A DNA stretch of 64,000 nt from Carcharhinus longimanus (Eukaryota). The position numbers and the translations under genes are program-made. The stretch lies in contig JASCQW010000001.1 of NCBI GenBank assembly GCA_030264375.1, forward strand, positions 93,473,182 through 93,537,181, in the 5' to 3' direction. Of this stretch, positions 63,128 to 64,000 are shown piece after piece (position 1 is the stretch's first letter; each line of letters starts with the position of its first letter). Under the pieces are notes generated by a model that saw only the letters and a program-made list of their open reading frames with translations, made no database searches and had not been told where the DNA came from.

Positions 63128-63340
63128 TGGGTTGAATTTTCTGGCCCTTCCCGCTGACGGGATCTACCCATTCTGCTGATGGCGACCACCGTAGCGGATT
63201 CCCTGCCAGCGTGACCGACAAACAACAGAAAACGCTATTGACATTGGCGGGACCTAAAGATCCTGCTGCCGGCCAATAGAGAACTGCCTCCGCCACTGGA
63301 AGACATGCCGCTGGAAGCAGCGAAGCTGTGGCAGGCATTT
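63128..63340. mobile_element. MITE-like element with a GGG..GAATTTT terminus
   Basis: gggttgaattttctggcccttcccgctgacgggatct..ctattgacattggcgggacc; CpG-rich relative to its flanks. Confidence 0.5.
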
Positions 63341-64000
63341 AAGGGGATATTCCCCACTATTTTCCAAAGTGTAAAAATTACAGTAGGGGTATAAAGATAC
63401 GCTAACAACATTGTTCATGGAACGTTGTTGCATGCTATTATTTGGCATTGCAGTACACTTTCAACTGAGGTGTTTTGGCATGATAAGATGCTGTCTAAAT
63501 GCAGATATCTTTTATTGATAGAACCTGCACAGGAGGAGGCAACCTTTTCACAAAGGGGATGTGCGTTTGACATTAGCTACATTATCAGTCAGCTTGCCAT
63601 TTTTGGGGAAGGAGCTGCAAGTTTCTGAAATAAAGAGAAAATCCCTTTAAAACAGAATCAAGGGGATAAAATAATGACTGAAGATTGAAACTTAGAAGAA
63701 TGCAGCCCCTTCAAAAGCAAATGTCCAAATTGTAACTGTTTATCTATTAATTGCTCACAGCCAGTGAACAATCGGTATTTAACATTGACAGATTTTTTGT
63801 AAACTTAACATGGTTTTATTCAGCAATCCAAAGCATGAACTGGGTCAGGAATTTTGTGTATTAATATAGTTTAAGAGTTTTCATGTCTACAATAAGTATC
63901 ACCTAAAATTCATCTTACATAAATTATTTTCCTCAAAATGGGTTATAAGCAAGTGATTTGGAAAACTTTTCCACCAGTAGGGAATATGACACCAGGGAGG

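Noticed and set aside
58805-63862. FoxH1-like sites (TGTTGATT at 58805 and 59018, TGTTTATT at 61334, TGTGTATT at 63855) as the Nodal intron-1 asymmetric enhancer
   Set aside because: Scattered, mostly degenerate matches at roughly chance frequency; no closely spaced pair of strong sites was seen.
1-64000. CRISPR arrays, operons or other prokaryotic systems
   Set aside because: The sequence is vertebrate genomic DNA; no repeat-spacer array or dense coding was seen.

Overview
Vertebrate genomic DNA, almost certainly shark (cartilaginous fish), inferred from the repeat content: HE1-type V-SINEs, HER1/CR1 LINE fragments, SacSINE1-like Deu-SINEs and Penelope-like palindromic elements. It is a draft assembly with many fixed-size (10 N / 100 N) gaps. 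The window is mostly AT-rich non-coding DNA with nested retroelements and small GGGC-ended MITE-like elements. The only clearly recognisable host-gene sequence is one GC/CpG-rich 818-bp exon on the minus strand (55967-56784). It is exon 2 of a Nodal (TGF-beta family) gene, encoding the prodomain, a furin site and the first three cystine-knot cysteines, with intact splice sites in the expected phases. By eye I could not find Nodal exon 1, exon 3 or an eif4ebp neighbour anywhere in the window, so the exon looks orphaned: the missing exons may sit in a gap, or the segment may be mis-joined or relocated. Other observations: a minimal hammerhead ribozyme inside a Penelope-type palindrome, two CR1 copies joined head-to-head at one site inside an older CR1, SINE tail swapping, a G-quadruplex-prone 37-bp minisatellite and two hairpin clusters. 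All coordinates were read manually (repeat boundaries approximate) and no database search was run.
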